DNA of 47,988 nt, taken from IMG/VR virus record IMGVR_UViG_3300021090_000035, positions 1 to 47,988 of that record. The stretch is one strand, 5' to 3'. This stretch comes from a virus (lineage: Duplodnaviria > Caudoviricetes). A program made the translations under genes and the position numbers. This document shows, piece after piece, positions 7,854-16,936 of the stretch; the first letter of the stretch is position 1; every line of letters starts with the position of its first letter. The notes beneath the pieces are model-generated. The model saw only the letters and a program-made list of their open reading frames with translations. It was not told where the DNA came from and did not search any database.

Positions 7854-8462
7854 ATGAGAGTCCTCGTAGCTTGTGAGTTTTCCGGGATAGTAAGGGACGC
7901 TTTCGCTAAAAGAGGTCACGATGCGTGGAGTTGTGATTTGTTGCCAACGGAGAAACCAGGTCAACACATTCAAGGCGATGTTTTGGAAATTCTGAATGAT
8001 GGGTGGGATTTGATGATAGGGCATCCACCTTGTACTTACATCAGCTTCGCCGGAACAAGACATTGGAACCAACCCGGTCGAGTTTTCAAGAGACTTGACG
8101 CGCTTAATTTCTTTGCAAGATTGTGGGAAGCCCCTGCACCAAAGATTTGCTTAGAGAACCCCAAGAGTTGTGCAAGTCCGGTCATTGCCAAATATACGCA
8201 AGAGATACAACCATATTATTTTGGAGATCGGGAGTTTAAGACAACGTGGTTATGGCTCAAGGGACTCCCACCACTCATACATAACAAAGAAAGCGATATG
8301 TTTGAAGCACAAACTCATACCGAACGACCAGAACCTATAACCGTCGATAACACAGTTAGAAAGAAAAAGCGTTACTTCGTCGACTTCACCAAGAACCCGC
8401 ATGAAAGAAGTCGCACCTTCCCCGGTATAGCTAAAGCAATGGTGGAGCAATGGGGGGGGTAA
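7854..8462 (+). CDS. Phage DNA cytosine methyltransferase-like protein
   Basis: RVLVACEFSG.VRDAF, HPPCT (PC motif), ENP, K.T.LWLKGLP, RSRTFPGIAKAM..QW. Confidence 0.82.
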   Translation: MRVLVACEFSGIVRDAFAKRGHDAWSCDLLPTEKPGQHIQGDVLEILNDGWDLMIGHPPCTYISFAGTRHWNQPGRVFKRLDALNFFARLWEAPAPKICLENPKSCASPVIAKYTQEIQPYYFGDREFKTTWLWLKGLPPLIHNKESDMFEAQTHTERPEPITVDNTVRKKKRYFVDFTKNPHERSRTFPGIAKAMVEQWGG

Positions 8463-8746
8463 TGCGTCACCGCAAGATCGACCATAACCAAAGAGAGATA
8501 GTCGCAGCCTTACGAAGAATAGGAGCAAGCGTAGCGTTACTCTCGATGGTGGGGAATGGAGTACCGGATATTGCCGTAGGTTTTCGTAAATTGAACTGGT
8601 TTTTTGAGATCAAACATGGCGACAAGCCAAAGTCAAGAAAGCAACTCACTCCAAAAGAAAAAAACTTTCACAAATCATGGCAAGGCCAAATCGCCATAGT
8701 AGAAAACTGGCAGGATGCCTTCAGAGTCATAGGAGCGACATCATGA
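8462..8746 (+). CDS. VRR-NUC-like PD-(D/E)XK nuclease
   Basis: D.NQ.EIV.ALR..GA, GVPD, EIK, LT..E..F...W. Confidence 0.85.
   Translation: MRHRKIDHNQREIVAALRRIGASVALLSMVGNGVPDIAVGFRKLNWFFEIKHGDKPKSRKQLTPKEKNFHKSWQGQIAIVENWQDAFRVIGATS
8725..8738 (+). repeat. 14-bp direct repeat AGTCATAGGAGCGA, left copy
   Basis: Identical to 9236-9249; contains the SD of the HslV-like gene. Confidence 0.85.
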
Positions 8747-9243
8747 GTATCATCGCATGTAGAATCCTGAATAATCAATCGTATGAAATGGCATCAGACT
8801 CGATAACTGCTCGTGGTTGGACGCAGAGTAAGGGAGACCGGTCCTACCATTCAAAGCTCGTCGAAGTTAATGAGATGGTGATCGGTGCGGCGGGGCTCGC
8901 TTCTGAATCGGCGATGTTTCAACTGTTCGCATCAACACGTCGCCCTGCCGATGCAACCGTTGAGTCATTGCTTAGATTCATGGGAGAATTTTGTGAATGG
9001 AAGAAAAAAAGCATTGACAATGCAACTCTTGAATGCCAATATCTAATCGGATTTATGGGCAAGGTGTTTCGTATTCATAGTTGGTTTATTGAGCAGATAG
9101 CTACATTTGAAGCGATCGGTGCAGGCGAAGATTTCGCTCTTGCTGCGATGCATCTTGGTCATTCCGCCGAATCAGCTGTAAAAGTTGCATGTGAATTGTC
9201 GGTTTTCTGTGAGCCGCCAATCATCACCATCAAAAAGTCATAG
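8743..9243 (+). CDS. HslV/proteasome-beta-like Ntn hydrolase (Ser1 variant)
   Basis: M-SIIAC..MASDS..SKL..VIGAAG..AIGAG..FALAAM..AVKVA; SD AGGAG and ATGA overlap at 8743. Confidence 0.75.
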   Translation: MSIIACRILNNQSYEMASDSITARGWTQSKGDRSYHSKLVEVNEMVIGAAGLASESAMFQLFASTRRPADATVESLLRFMGEFCEWKKKSIDNATLECQYLIGFMGKVFRIHSWFIEQIATFEAIGAGEDFALAAMHLGHSAESAVKVACELSVFCEPPIITIKKS

Positions 9244-9249
9244 GAGCGA
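9236..9249 (+). repeat. 14-bp direct repeat AGTCATAGGAGCGA, right copy
   Basis: Identical to 8725-8738; contains the gene's TAG stop. Confidence 0.85.
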
Positions 9250-9274
9250 TGAAGTAAACAATCACTGCAACATG

Positions 9275-9306
9275 GTATTGACAATCGCTTGATAAATCAA
9301 TACATT
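9275..9306 (+). promoter_or_regulatory. sigma70-type promoter of the terminase operon with overlapping inverted repeat; leaderless
   Basis: TTGACA(9278)-N17-TACATT(9301-9306); GTATTGA...TCAATAC dyad; ATG 9314 seven nt later with no SD. Confidence 0.72.
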
Positions 9307-9313
9307 CACCTCC

Positions 9314-9880
9314 ATGAATCAACATAGCCTCAATGGGAATGGACAAGAGCAGAAACCCGAAAAGAAGAAGCGGGATCGGTCTAACCGAAACACCGGGAAC
9401 CCGAATGGGCGGCCAAAGATAGTTCTGGATTGGGAGAAGATCGACAAATGCCTGTTCATTCAATGCACTCTTGTCGAAGTTGCCTACGTTATAGGAGTAT
9501 CGGTTGATACTCTCGAAAATCGTACCAAAGAAGAAAAAGGGATGGCTTTCTCGGAATATCGAGAACTAAAAAGTGCGGGCGGCAAAATGAGTCTCCGGAG
9601 AAGTCAATGGGAACATGCCGCCGGATATCCAGCCGAGTATAATTCCAAAGGTAAGGTTCTCCGTACAGAACAGAAGGCCAATACTGGAATGTTGATCTGG
9701 CTCGGCAAGCAGTATCTTGAACAAAAGGAACCATTCGTTCTTACCGGTAAGGGAGGCGCTCCATTATTCCCGTCCATTCAGATCAAGCGAGATCCATTCG
9801 AAGAGCTTGCTGAGATGCTCGCCAAAAACAAGATGGTCCTAACGCCCCAAACAAGTGGAAACAACGGCACGGGTAGCTGA
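9314..9880 (+). CDS. terS: Terminase small subunit
   Basis: GRPKI.LDW, CT..E.A...GVS.DTL HTH, SLRR.Q, MLIWLGKQYL.Q; upstream of TerL. Confidence 0.88.
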   Translation: MNQHSLNGNGQEQKPEKKKRDRSNRNTGNPNGRPKIVLDWEKIDKCLFIQCTLVEVAYVIGVSVDTLENRTKEEKGMAFSEYRELKSAGGKMSLRRSQWEHAAGYPAEYNSKGKVLRTEQKANTGMLIWLGKQYLEQKEPFVLTGKGGAPLFPSIQIKRDPFEELAEMLAKNKMVLTPQTSGNNGTGS

Positions 9881-11450
9881 ACAACTTCGCAAGTTATACA
9901 AGAAACCTGAAGCCGAGCGGATGCTTCTCCAGGTGCGCCGGATTTATTATCAGACTCATCCAGTTGAATACATGACCGAACGATTGGGCATAGACCGATC
10001 GTCGATCATTTGGAGCGACAGGCCGGAATATAATTTGCATACATGGGATGGGACGAGAGATCCTATAGCGACAGTCTTGCTTGAATTGTCAAAGTGGAAT
10101 TGGGTCGGAGTGGAAAGTGGGACATCAACGGGGAAAACCTTCATCGCGGCCTGCATCGTTCTCTGGTTCCTGGAATGTTTCACTGATTCTCTTGTCGTAA
10201 CGACAGCACCGAAGGAGAAGCAACTTAAACTGGGATTGTGGCGAGAGATCAATAACCTATTCCCCGCTTTCGGGCTTGGAGAGTTGCAAGAACTCAAAAT
10301 CAAGATGGATCCTCCTTCCGACAACTGGATTGCGGTAGGATTCGTATCTGGATTGCGGGCCGGAGAGGTATCGAGCACGAGGACTCAGGGCTTCCACGCA
10401 AAACACATGCTGATAATTTGCGAGGAAATGCCGGGAATCCCAGAGCCGATCATGACCGCCCTCCTGAATACGAGCCAAGCCGAGCACAATCTCATTGTCG
10501 GTATCGGGAATCCGGATCATCAACTGGATGCCCTGCATCAATTCTGTAGTTTAGGCAATGTCACTCAAATACGAATCTCCGCCTTCGATCATCCCAACGT
10601 GATCTTGGGGAAAGAAGTGATTCCTGGCGCCGTGACAAGAGCAGGAATTGACCGGCTGAAGAAGCGCTACAAGGGAGAAGATAATCCTTTGTACTTGTCC
10701 AGAGCTCGGGGGATATGCCCTTCGCAGTCAACCGACTCAGTTATTCGTCTGGAATGGTGTTATGAGGCAGTAAAGAAATGGGAAGCTGCTTGCGGGGAGA
10801 AAGCAACCGAATCTCTTGAAGGGAAATTGAAGTGCGTCGGCGTCGATGTCGCCAATTCAGAGGATGGGGACAAGGCCGCCATAGCTGAAGGGCGGGGCAA
10901 CATTCTGGAAAAGCTCGAAGCCTTCCATTGCCCGAATGCGAATGCTCTCGGTCATCAAATTGCCATGAAGATCCGGGAGGAGAAACTCGATCCTACTCAG
11001 GTTGCCGTTGATGGGGTAGGAGTGGGGGCAGGGACAGTGAATACCCTGAAAGAATATGATATGCGTGTATGGCCGCTGGATGGAGGGCCGGTAGAAGTTT
11101 TTGGTGAAGTAGAACACTTCAATTCGCTTCGGAGTCAGATGTGGTGGCAGTTGAGGCACGATCTCGAGCACGGACTAATCGGCCTTCCGAGAGATGAGGA
11201 AATGTTCGCCGATCTTGTTACTGCCAAGTGGGAGATTCGATTGCAGAAAATCAAGGTTGAAGAAAAGAAGGAAATTAAGAAGCGCCTGAGTCGGTCACCC
11301 GATAAGGGCGATGCCGTCGTTTACTGGAATTGGGTGAGGGCGAGAAGAAATGTAGCTCCTGCTGTTGGACCTATTGCCGAAGAGGAACATAGGAACCTGA
11401 AATCCAGAGAACGATCAACCTATCACGCGGAAAGAACAAGGAGATTTTGA
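9855..11450 (+). CDS. terL: Terminase large subunit
   Basis: Walker A SGTSTGKT, QGFH, IGNP coupling motif, nuclease GVDVA..G.D, D..GVGAG, SPD.GDA. Confidence 0.95.
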   Translation: METTARVAEQLRKLYKKPEAERMLLQVRRIYYQTHPVEYMTERLGIDRSSIIWSDRPEYNLHTWDGTRDPIATVLLELSKWNWVGVESGTSTGKTFIAACIVLWFLECFTDSLVVTTAPKEKQLKLGLWREINNLFPAFGLGELQELKIKMDPPSDNWIAVGFVSGLRAGEVSSTRTQGFHAKHMLIICEEMPGIPEPIMTALLNTSQAEHNLIVGIGNPDHQLDALHQFCSLGNVTQIRISAFDHPNVILGKEVIPGAVTRAGIDRLKKRYKGEDNPLYLSRARGICPSQSTDSVIRLEWCYEAVKKWEAACGEKATESLEGKLKCVGVDVANSEDGDKAAIAEGRGNILEKLEAFHCPNANALGHQIAMKIREEKLDPTQVAVDGVGVGAGTVNTLKEYDMRVWPLDGGPVEVFGEVEHFNSLRSQMWWQLRHDLEHGLIGLPRDEEMFADLVTAKWEIRLQKIKVEEKKEIKKRLSRSPDKGDAVVYWNWVRARRNVAPAVGPIAEEEHRNLKSRERSTYHAERTRRF

Positions 11451-11451
11451 C

Positions 11452-11571
11452 ATGGTAGAATTTTTAGCGGATACGATTTCGACAACAATTGGTGTGACAC
11501 TTGGTTGTTATCTCTGGACCAAGTTCGTCTCGCCGAGAACACAATCCAAAGCAGAAGCCGATGCCAAGTAA
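11452..11571 (+). CDS. Small membrane protein, 39 aa (missed by track)
   Basis: SD aaggag; MVEFLADTISTTIGVTLGCYLWTKFVSPRTQSKAEADAK. Confidence 0.55.
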   Translation: MVEFLADTISTTIGVTLGCYLWTKFVSPRTQSKAEADAK

Positions 11572-11851
11572 GCCGAACGGTACACCGGACAATACTCCGG
11601 ATGACCAAATACTCATCTTCTCAACCTATCAGGATGTTTCCGGGATGAAGTTCGAATATGCCATTGGCAGGAAAGGTATTACGACTATAGGTGGAATGAT
11701 GGAAGTCCGGTCATTGAGAATTCCAAAGGAACTGTTGACACCGGAAGAAAAGAGGTTCCTGGATCAGGTACATGTGCAGATATTGAAACGAGCATCAGCG
11801 CAGATTTCTCACCCGAATATCATCACCTTGAGCAAGGAGATTGTGGTATGA
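11561..11851 (+). CDS. Hypothetical protein
   Basis: ATG 11561; ATGA coupling to portal. Confidence 0.7.
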   Translation: MPSKPNGTPDNTPDDQILIFSTYQDVSGMKFEYAIGRKGITTIGGMMEVRSLRIPKELLTPEEKRFLDQVHVQILKRASAQISHPNIITLSKEIVV

Positions 11852-13308
11852 ACAAATTCCAGGCGGGGTATGTCAAATTCGTCAACAACATATTCGGTGG
11901 GTGGTTCGAGACGTATTTCAAGGAAGCGATAGCATTACAGGGAACCGATGAATTGGATGAGAATAAGTACCGGAGGCTCACGGCTAAGAAGCGTGATCTC
12001 AAGCCAATGCAGTTCAAGCAAATCATGGATGGAGCCTTTTATCTCTGGCAACGCAATCCAATGGCACGACGGATGATCGAGATAATTCTGGATTTCACCG
12101 TTGGGAATGATCTGGATGTGAACTGCCGCATCATGAAAAAAACAAAAGATGGGCCACAGGATATGAATAGACCGGAACCGCAGGAGCTCTGGAAGAAGTT
12201 TTGCGAGGATCCGGTTAATGCGGTCTACGATGACATAGAAACCTTTCTGCAGGACTTTCTCATCTTCGGAGAGTTGTTGATGCCGATGGCAGTCAATGAA
12301 GCAAACAAGATGCCGCGCTTCGGATTCATTGATGTTGGAGAGATCGAGAAAGTGGTGCGTGATGAATCGGGACGACGTATTGCATCGGTATTTGTCAAGA
12401 GTGAAAATGAGGCCAAGTTGCGAGAGGTGAAAATTCTGAATAAGGATGCCGGTGAGTGGGAAGGTGAGGCATTATACTTTCAATACTCGCGCACGCTCAC
12501 CAAAAGCCGTGGACAGAGTTTTCTCACCGAACTATTGGATTGGATTGACGCACTCGATCAGTTTCAATTCAATGTGCTGGAAGGAAGCGCACTGAGGAAT
12601 GCGTTCTTTTACGATATGACGATGAAAGGTGCGACCAAAGAGGAGTTGAAGCAGGTGGACGTAAGTTCTCCGAAACCCGGAAGCGTGCGCGTGCATAACG
12701 AAGCGGTGGAATGGGATGTCGTCTCACCGGAGTTGAACGCCACCGATACTTCGGAGAGCATGAGACAATTCAAGAACATGATTCTTGCCGGAAAGGGATT
12801 CCCGGAGCATTGGTTTGCCGATGGGGGAAACACGAACCTTGCCACAGCCGAAAAGATGGCGCAACCTGTCCTGCAGATGCTCAAGCGCCAGCAAAAGCAA
12901 ATCAAGTATATTTTGAAAACACTGGCGACCTACGCAATCGAGGTTCAGGCCCAGGGTGTTCTGAATTTGGGCAAGGACGAATATCTGGATATAGAAGTTG
13001 TTACTGTTGATTTGGAACGCTCCGATGCGGCAGCGCTGGGGGCTGCGTTCACCGCAATTGTCGGCGCCCTGTCAACGGCAACAGATAAAGGATGGGTGTC
13101 AGACGATAAGGCGAAGCAAGTAATTGATACGATTATCTCCCGATATGGCGTTCCTCCAGATGAAGAAACCGTTGAATCTATTATGGAGAAGAACAAGAGC
13201 AATCGGGATGCGACAGACCAGAATGAAGTCGATGATCTTTACGTCAAGACAGGGAACAATAACGGAGACACGAAGAAAAAGAAACAACTTGCGGAACAGT
13301 ACGCTTAA
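11848..13308 (+). CDS. Portal protein
   Basis: 486 aa after TerL; NPMARR.I, RGQSFL, G.PEHW..DG...NLATA. Confidence 0.88.
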   Translation: MNKFQAGYVKFVNNIFGGWFETYFKEAIALQGTDELDENKYRRLTAKKRDLKPMQFKQIMDGAFYLWQRNPMARRMIEIILDFTVGNDLDVNCRIMKKTKDGPQDMNRPEPQELWKKFCEDPVNAVYDDIETFLQDFLIFGELLMPMAVNEANKMPRFGFIDVGEIEKVVRDESGRRIASVFVKSENEAKLREVKILNKDAGEWEGEALYFQYSRTLTKSRGQSFLTELLDWIDALDQFQFNVLEGSALRNAFFYDMTMKGATKEELKQVDVSSPKPGSVRVHNEAVEWDVVSPELNATDTSESMRQFKNMILAGKGFPEHWFADGGNTNLATAEKMAQPVLQMLKRQQKQIKYILKTLATYAIEVQAQGVLNLGKDEYLDIEVVTVDLERSDAAALGAAFTAIVGALSTATDKGWVSDDKAKQVIDTIISRYGVPPDEETVESIMEKNKSNRDATDQNEVDDLYVKTGNNNGDTKKKKQLAEQYA

Positions 13309-13311
13309 AAC

Positions 13312-14163
13312 ATGCCGCACAGCCGAAGGCAGATCGACGCTGAAATCCGCGCCGCATTAAGAGAGATTCAATCCTTAGAGAACGCCACAGTAAAAGACGC
13401 GCTCCAAATGTTGTCCCGGCTCCGGGAGCGCGTAGTCCTCGCCATTGCTGAAGCGGGGCCATTCACCCAAGTCGTCGCACAGGAAGTCAAGAACCGAGTC
13501 GCCACAATCATTCAGGAGTTCGACTCCAACCTGAAGGATAAAATGACCGAGAACCAACGCCGGATGTTTACCCGGGGAATCAAACTGGTGGATAGAGCGG
13601 TTGATGCTGCCGACCTTATCAAAGCGGTTCCTTACTTGGACGAAACCGCACTCAAGACGGCGCAAGCCTTCACAGCGGATCTGATCACAAATCTCACCGA
13701 TGATATGAGAGGGAAAATTACTTCGCAGATTCAACTCGGGGTTTTGGGGCAGAAGTCAGCAACCGATATTATCAAGGAGGTGGGAAGAAATCTTGCCGGG
13801 CCGTCGGTGTTTGGAACGATACGCCGCCGTTCAGAGATCATAGTTCGTACTGAGGTTAACAGAGTTCAAGCCCTTGCCACCGAAGCCCGTCTGAAGCAGC
13901 TTAAAGCCCGGGTGCCAGATCTCAAGCAGGAGTGGCTCCATTCGGGATTGGGACAACCGCCGAGGCAAAACCACGTCGATATGAACGGCGTTCAAGTAGC
14001 CATAGGTGAAAAATTCCACCTGAGAGCCAAAGAGGGCGACAAGGTATATCTTATTACTGGACCCTATGATCCGACGCTTCCAGTGGGTGAAACTGTCAAC
14101 TGCCGATGCGTGGCAATCCCGGTTGTTGGGCGCTTCGAGAAAAAAAGTTCAGAAAACACTTGA
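13312..14163 (+). CDS. Minor head morphogenesis protein (SPP1 gp7/Mu gpF-like)
   Basis: IVRTE, K.EW, R..H..MNG, ETVNCRC. Confidence 0.9.
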   Translation: MPHSRRQIDAEIRAALREIQSLENATVKDALQMLSRLRERVVLAIAEAGPFTQVVAQEVKNRVATIIQEFDSNLKDKMTENQRRMFTRGIKLVDRAVDAADLIKAVPYLDETALKTAQAFTADLITNLTDDMRGKITSQIQLGVLGQKSATDIIKEVGRNLAGPSVFGTIRRRSEIIVRTEVNRVQALATEARLKQLKARVPDLKQEWLHSGLGQPPRQNHVDMNGVQVAIGEKFHLRAKEGDKVYLITGPYDPTLPVGETVNCRCVAIPVVGRFEKKSSENT

Positions 14164-14188
14164 CAATACGTTAAGAATTTCGTAACAT
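14160..14188 (+). promoter_or_regulatory. sigma70-type promoter upstream of capsid genes
   Basis: TTGACA-N17-TAACAT. Confidence 0.7.
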
Positions 14189-14206
14189 CACACGCAATAG
14201 CAAGAC

Positions 14207-14298
14207 CACGATCGACGGCCAGAAGGCTGCGATAGTGAGGCAATCTTAAAAACTGGTTCGCAATGGAAGAGCCAGTAAAAGAGATTGCCTTTTTTTTT
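14207..14298 (+). terminator. Two-hairpin leader ending in an intrinsic terminator (attenuator or small RNA)
   Basis: Hairpin 14207-14237; AGGCAATCTT/GAGATTGCCT plus ACTGGTTC/GAGCCAGT stem followed by T8. Confidence 0.75.
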
Positions 14299-14329
14299 GA
14301 CCAAATAAATCATAAGAGGAGATTGTGCT

Positions 14330-14596
14330 ATGGCAATCAGATCAACCCTGAAGGATCCGAAGAAACCACCGAAGCACATCCGTCCCGAGTCGGCAGAAGG
14401 CGTACCCGATGCGATCGTAAAGGCGGCGAAGAAGGAAGATGATACCGCAGTGGTGGTGAGTTTCGCCAAGACGGAAACCGGATTCTCAGCAGTCGTTCAT
14501 AGCGACACCCGGGGATATTTCAAGCTCGCTCTGGACAAGAAAGGCGACAAGATCGGCGCCGTAAAAGCACCGGAAGAGCCCGCCGACAAGAAATAA
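14330..14596 (+). CDS. Hypothetical head-region protein
   Basis: SD gaggag; Lys/Asp-rich, 88 aa. Confidence 0.78.
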   Translation: MAIRSTLKDPKKPPKHIRPESAEGVPDAIVKAAKKEDDTAVVVSFAKTETGFSAVVHSDTRGYFKLALDKKGDKIGAVKAPEEPADKK

Positions 14597-14597
14597 G

Positions 14598-16844
14598 ATG
14601 CTGAAGTTACTGAAAGAACATATTGTCCGTTTCCTGGAAACGGATCCTCCCACGCCACCTATTCCAGCGGAGGGAGAAGAGAATGGTCGTTTTCAGGAAG
14701 CCGGTGACTTCGACCGTGCCAATTCTACTGCCCCCGAAAAGGGAACGATTTGGGAGGCGACAATACTACGTTTCGGCAAGAGCCAGCGCGCCCCTCATTT
14801 CGTCTACACGAAGGAAAACATTTCCCGGAATCTCGAAGCCTTTGAGGGAGCGCGGATTTACGCCAACTCGCAGACCGACGATTTCGGACATAAGAGAGCC
14901 GGGACCAAGACAGAGCGCGATGTCGTCGGGATTCTGACCGAAGCCCGAATAACCGAAAGCGCTCTTGTGGGCAATATCAACATCATGCCTGCGGCCAAAT
15001 GGCTGAAGGATAATCTGCTGTTTCTGGAGAGCAAGAAGAAGCTTTCGACATTTCAACTCTCCATTGATGCAACCGGGGTAACAAGACAGGATCTCTATAA
15101 CGGCGAGAAGCTTCCTCACGCCGTCGCATTTCACTCCGTCGATGTGGATGTTGTCGCTCGCGGGGCAGCTGGTGGAAAGTTTAATCGTTTGATCGAATCA
15201 ATCAATCATCTCAAGGAAGGGGTAATACCCATGAAGAACAAACTTTTGTCCATTTTCCTAATGCTCTACCCGCAGTTTTTGGAGAGCAAGGGAGTGAAAG
15301 ACTACCAACTGATCGATGAGAACCAGTTGTGGACATATCTCTTGGAAGCAGACAAGCCGCAGTCACGTCTGCACCTGCCCGATGGAGCGCAGATGACAGA
15401 ATCCCTTGTGGATGAATGTCTTGTGAAGATGCGGGAAAGCTTCGCCGGGAAACCGGCTGAACCTGCGAAACCAGAGCCTCCGGTAAAACCGGCTGCGATT
15501 GAAGATCCGCAATTGAAGGCGATGAAGGAAAGCATGACCGCCCTTCAGCGCGACAATTGTACGAATATGCTCGAGGCATCACTCGGACAGATTCCAATGC
15601 CGGAAGTTCTTAAGAAACATGTTCGCACACAGTTGAAAGACAAGATCTTCACTCAGGCCGAAATGAAGGAAACGATCAAGACGACGAGAGATACCTTCGC
15701 CGATCTGATCCCGGCCAATCCCCGGAGCCATTTCATCGAAGCCGGAGAACAGGAACAAGACAAGATCCAGAAAGGGATTCTCGGGTTATTCCTTGAGGCC
15801 AGCCCTCATCCTCTTACGCCGGAAGAGCGCAAGAAATACTTGGGCGACACCCCTGCGCTTCGCAGTCTGAAGGAAGGATATATCCTAATCACCGGAGATA
15901 AGAACGTCACCGGACGGCTGGATAAGAGTCAGCGCTTCACAGAATCACTCCAGTCCGGGACGCTCTCTTTGGTGCTGCAGGATGCAATCCATGTAGCGAT
16001 GGCCAGAGAATACGGAATGATGAACCTCAACACATGGGAACAGTTCGTGAATGTGGTCCCGAGAGGCGACTTCCGTACGAATCATCTGACCAGATGGGGT
16101 GGGTACGGAGATCTCCCGGCAGTTGCCGAGGGAGCGCCGTATGTTGCCATGACCAGCCCCACGGATGAGGAAGCGACATACGCCGTGTCGAAACGTGGCG
16201 GGCTGGAAAGCGTCACACTCGAGATGATCAAGAACGACAACGTAGCAGTTGTCGGTAAGATACCCTTAAAACTCGCACGGGCGGCCGCGTGGACATTGCA
16301 TCGGTTTGTGTACGACTTCATCAAGCCGGGTACAAATCCGACAATTTACGATACTCTTGCTCTGTACCATGCCACTCATGCCAACACGGCGACAACGGCG
16401 ATGGGGATAGACGGCGTCGCAATCTTCGCCGCATACAAGCGGATGGCGAAGCAGACAGAACGCGACTCGAGCAATCGTCTCGGCATCCGGGGAAAACACA
16501 TTCTCGTCCCCGTGGATCTTGAGGACAGCGCTTACAAGAGCGTCACGGCAGCCTATGGACTGGCGAATCAGACGCCTACCTTCATCCAGAAACAGGCGTT
16601 CAACGTCATTCAGGTTCCTCACTTCGACGATGCAACCGATTGGGTGTTGGTCGCAGACCCGGGTGATGTGCAGGGATTGGAACTCGGTTTCCTGGACGGC
16701 GAACGTGAACCGGCCATCTTCGTATCGGATATCCCGAACGTCGGATCTTTCTTCACGAACGACGAAATCACCTTCAAGATTCGCCATATCTATGGCGGGT
16801 CAGTAACCGATTTCCGGGCGTTCGACGGATCGATTGTCGCCTAA
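14598..16844 (+). CDS. Fused prohead protease-scaffold-major capsid protein (Mu gpT-like HK97 fold)
   Basis: N-domain H..RDVVG..LSID..SVD.V..GAAGG; C-domain G...LP.V.EG..Y, T.EMI.ND, FLDG..EP, KIRH.YG...DFR. Confidence 0.9.
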   Translation: MLKLLKEHIVRFLETDPPTPPIPAEGEENGRFQEAGDFDRANSTAPEKGTIWEATILRFGKSQRAPHFVYTKENISRNLEAFEGARIYANSQTDDFGHKRAGTKTERDVVGILTEARITESALVGNINIMPAAKWLKDNLLFLESKKKLSTFQLSIDATGVTRQDLYNGEKLPHAVAFHSVDVDVVARGAAGGKFNRLIESINHLKEGVIPMKNKLLSIFLMLYPQFLESKGVKDYQLIDENQLWTYLLEADKPQSRLHLPDGAQMTESLVDECLVKMRESFAGKPAEPAKPEPPVKPAAIEDPQLKAMKESMTALQRDNCTNMLEASLGQIPMPEVLKKHVRTQLKDKIFTQAEMKETIKTTRDTFADLIPANPRSHFIEAGEQEQDKIQKGILGLFLEASPHPLTPEERKKYLGDTPALRSLKEGYILITGDKNVTGRLDKSQRFTESLQSGTLSLVLQDAIHVAMAREYGMMNLNTWEQFVNVVPRGDFRTNHLTRWGGYGDLPAVAEGAPYVAMTSPTDEEATYAVSKRGGLESVTLEMIKNDNVAVVGKIPLKLARAAAWTLHRFVYDFIKPGTNPTIYDTLALYHATHANTATTAMGIDGVAIFAAYKRMAKQTERDSSNRLGIRGKHILVPVDLEDSAYKSVTAAYGLANQTPTFIQKQAFNVIQVPHFDDATDWVLVADPGDVQGLELGFLDGEREPAIFVSDIPNVGSFFTNDEITFKIRHIYGGSVTDFRAFDGSIVA

Positions 16845-16864
16845 CCGTAGGCGCTTGACCCAAA

Positions 16865-16896
16865 GGGCCCGAAGGGGAGCAATACTCTTCGGGCTT
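16865..16896 (+). terminator. GC-rich hairpin after the capsid gene (partial terminator or mRNA stabiliser)
   Basis: GGGCCCGAAGGG/CTCTTCGGGCTT 12-bp stem; weak U-tract. Confidence 0.6.
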
Positions 16897-16936
16897 ACTT
16901 AAAAAAACGAATTATAAACACAAGGAGAATGGAACC

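Noticed and set aside
8452-8459. G8 tract as a phase-variation switch
   Set aside because: It lies in the last codons of the methyltransferase-like gene, so slippage would alter only the extreme C-terminus
11447-11477. TTGACA at the end of terL as a promoter
   Set aside because: The best -10 (TACGAT) has a 19-bp spacer and the site overlaps a stop/start junction
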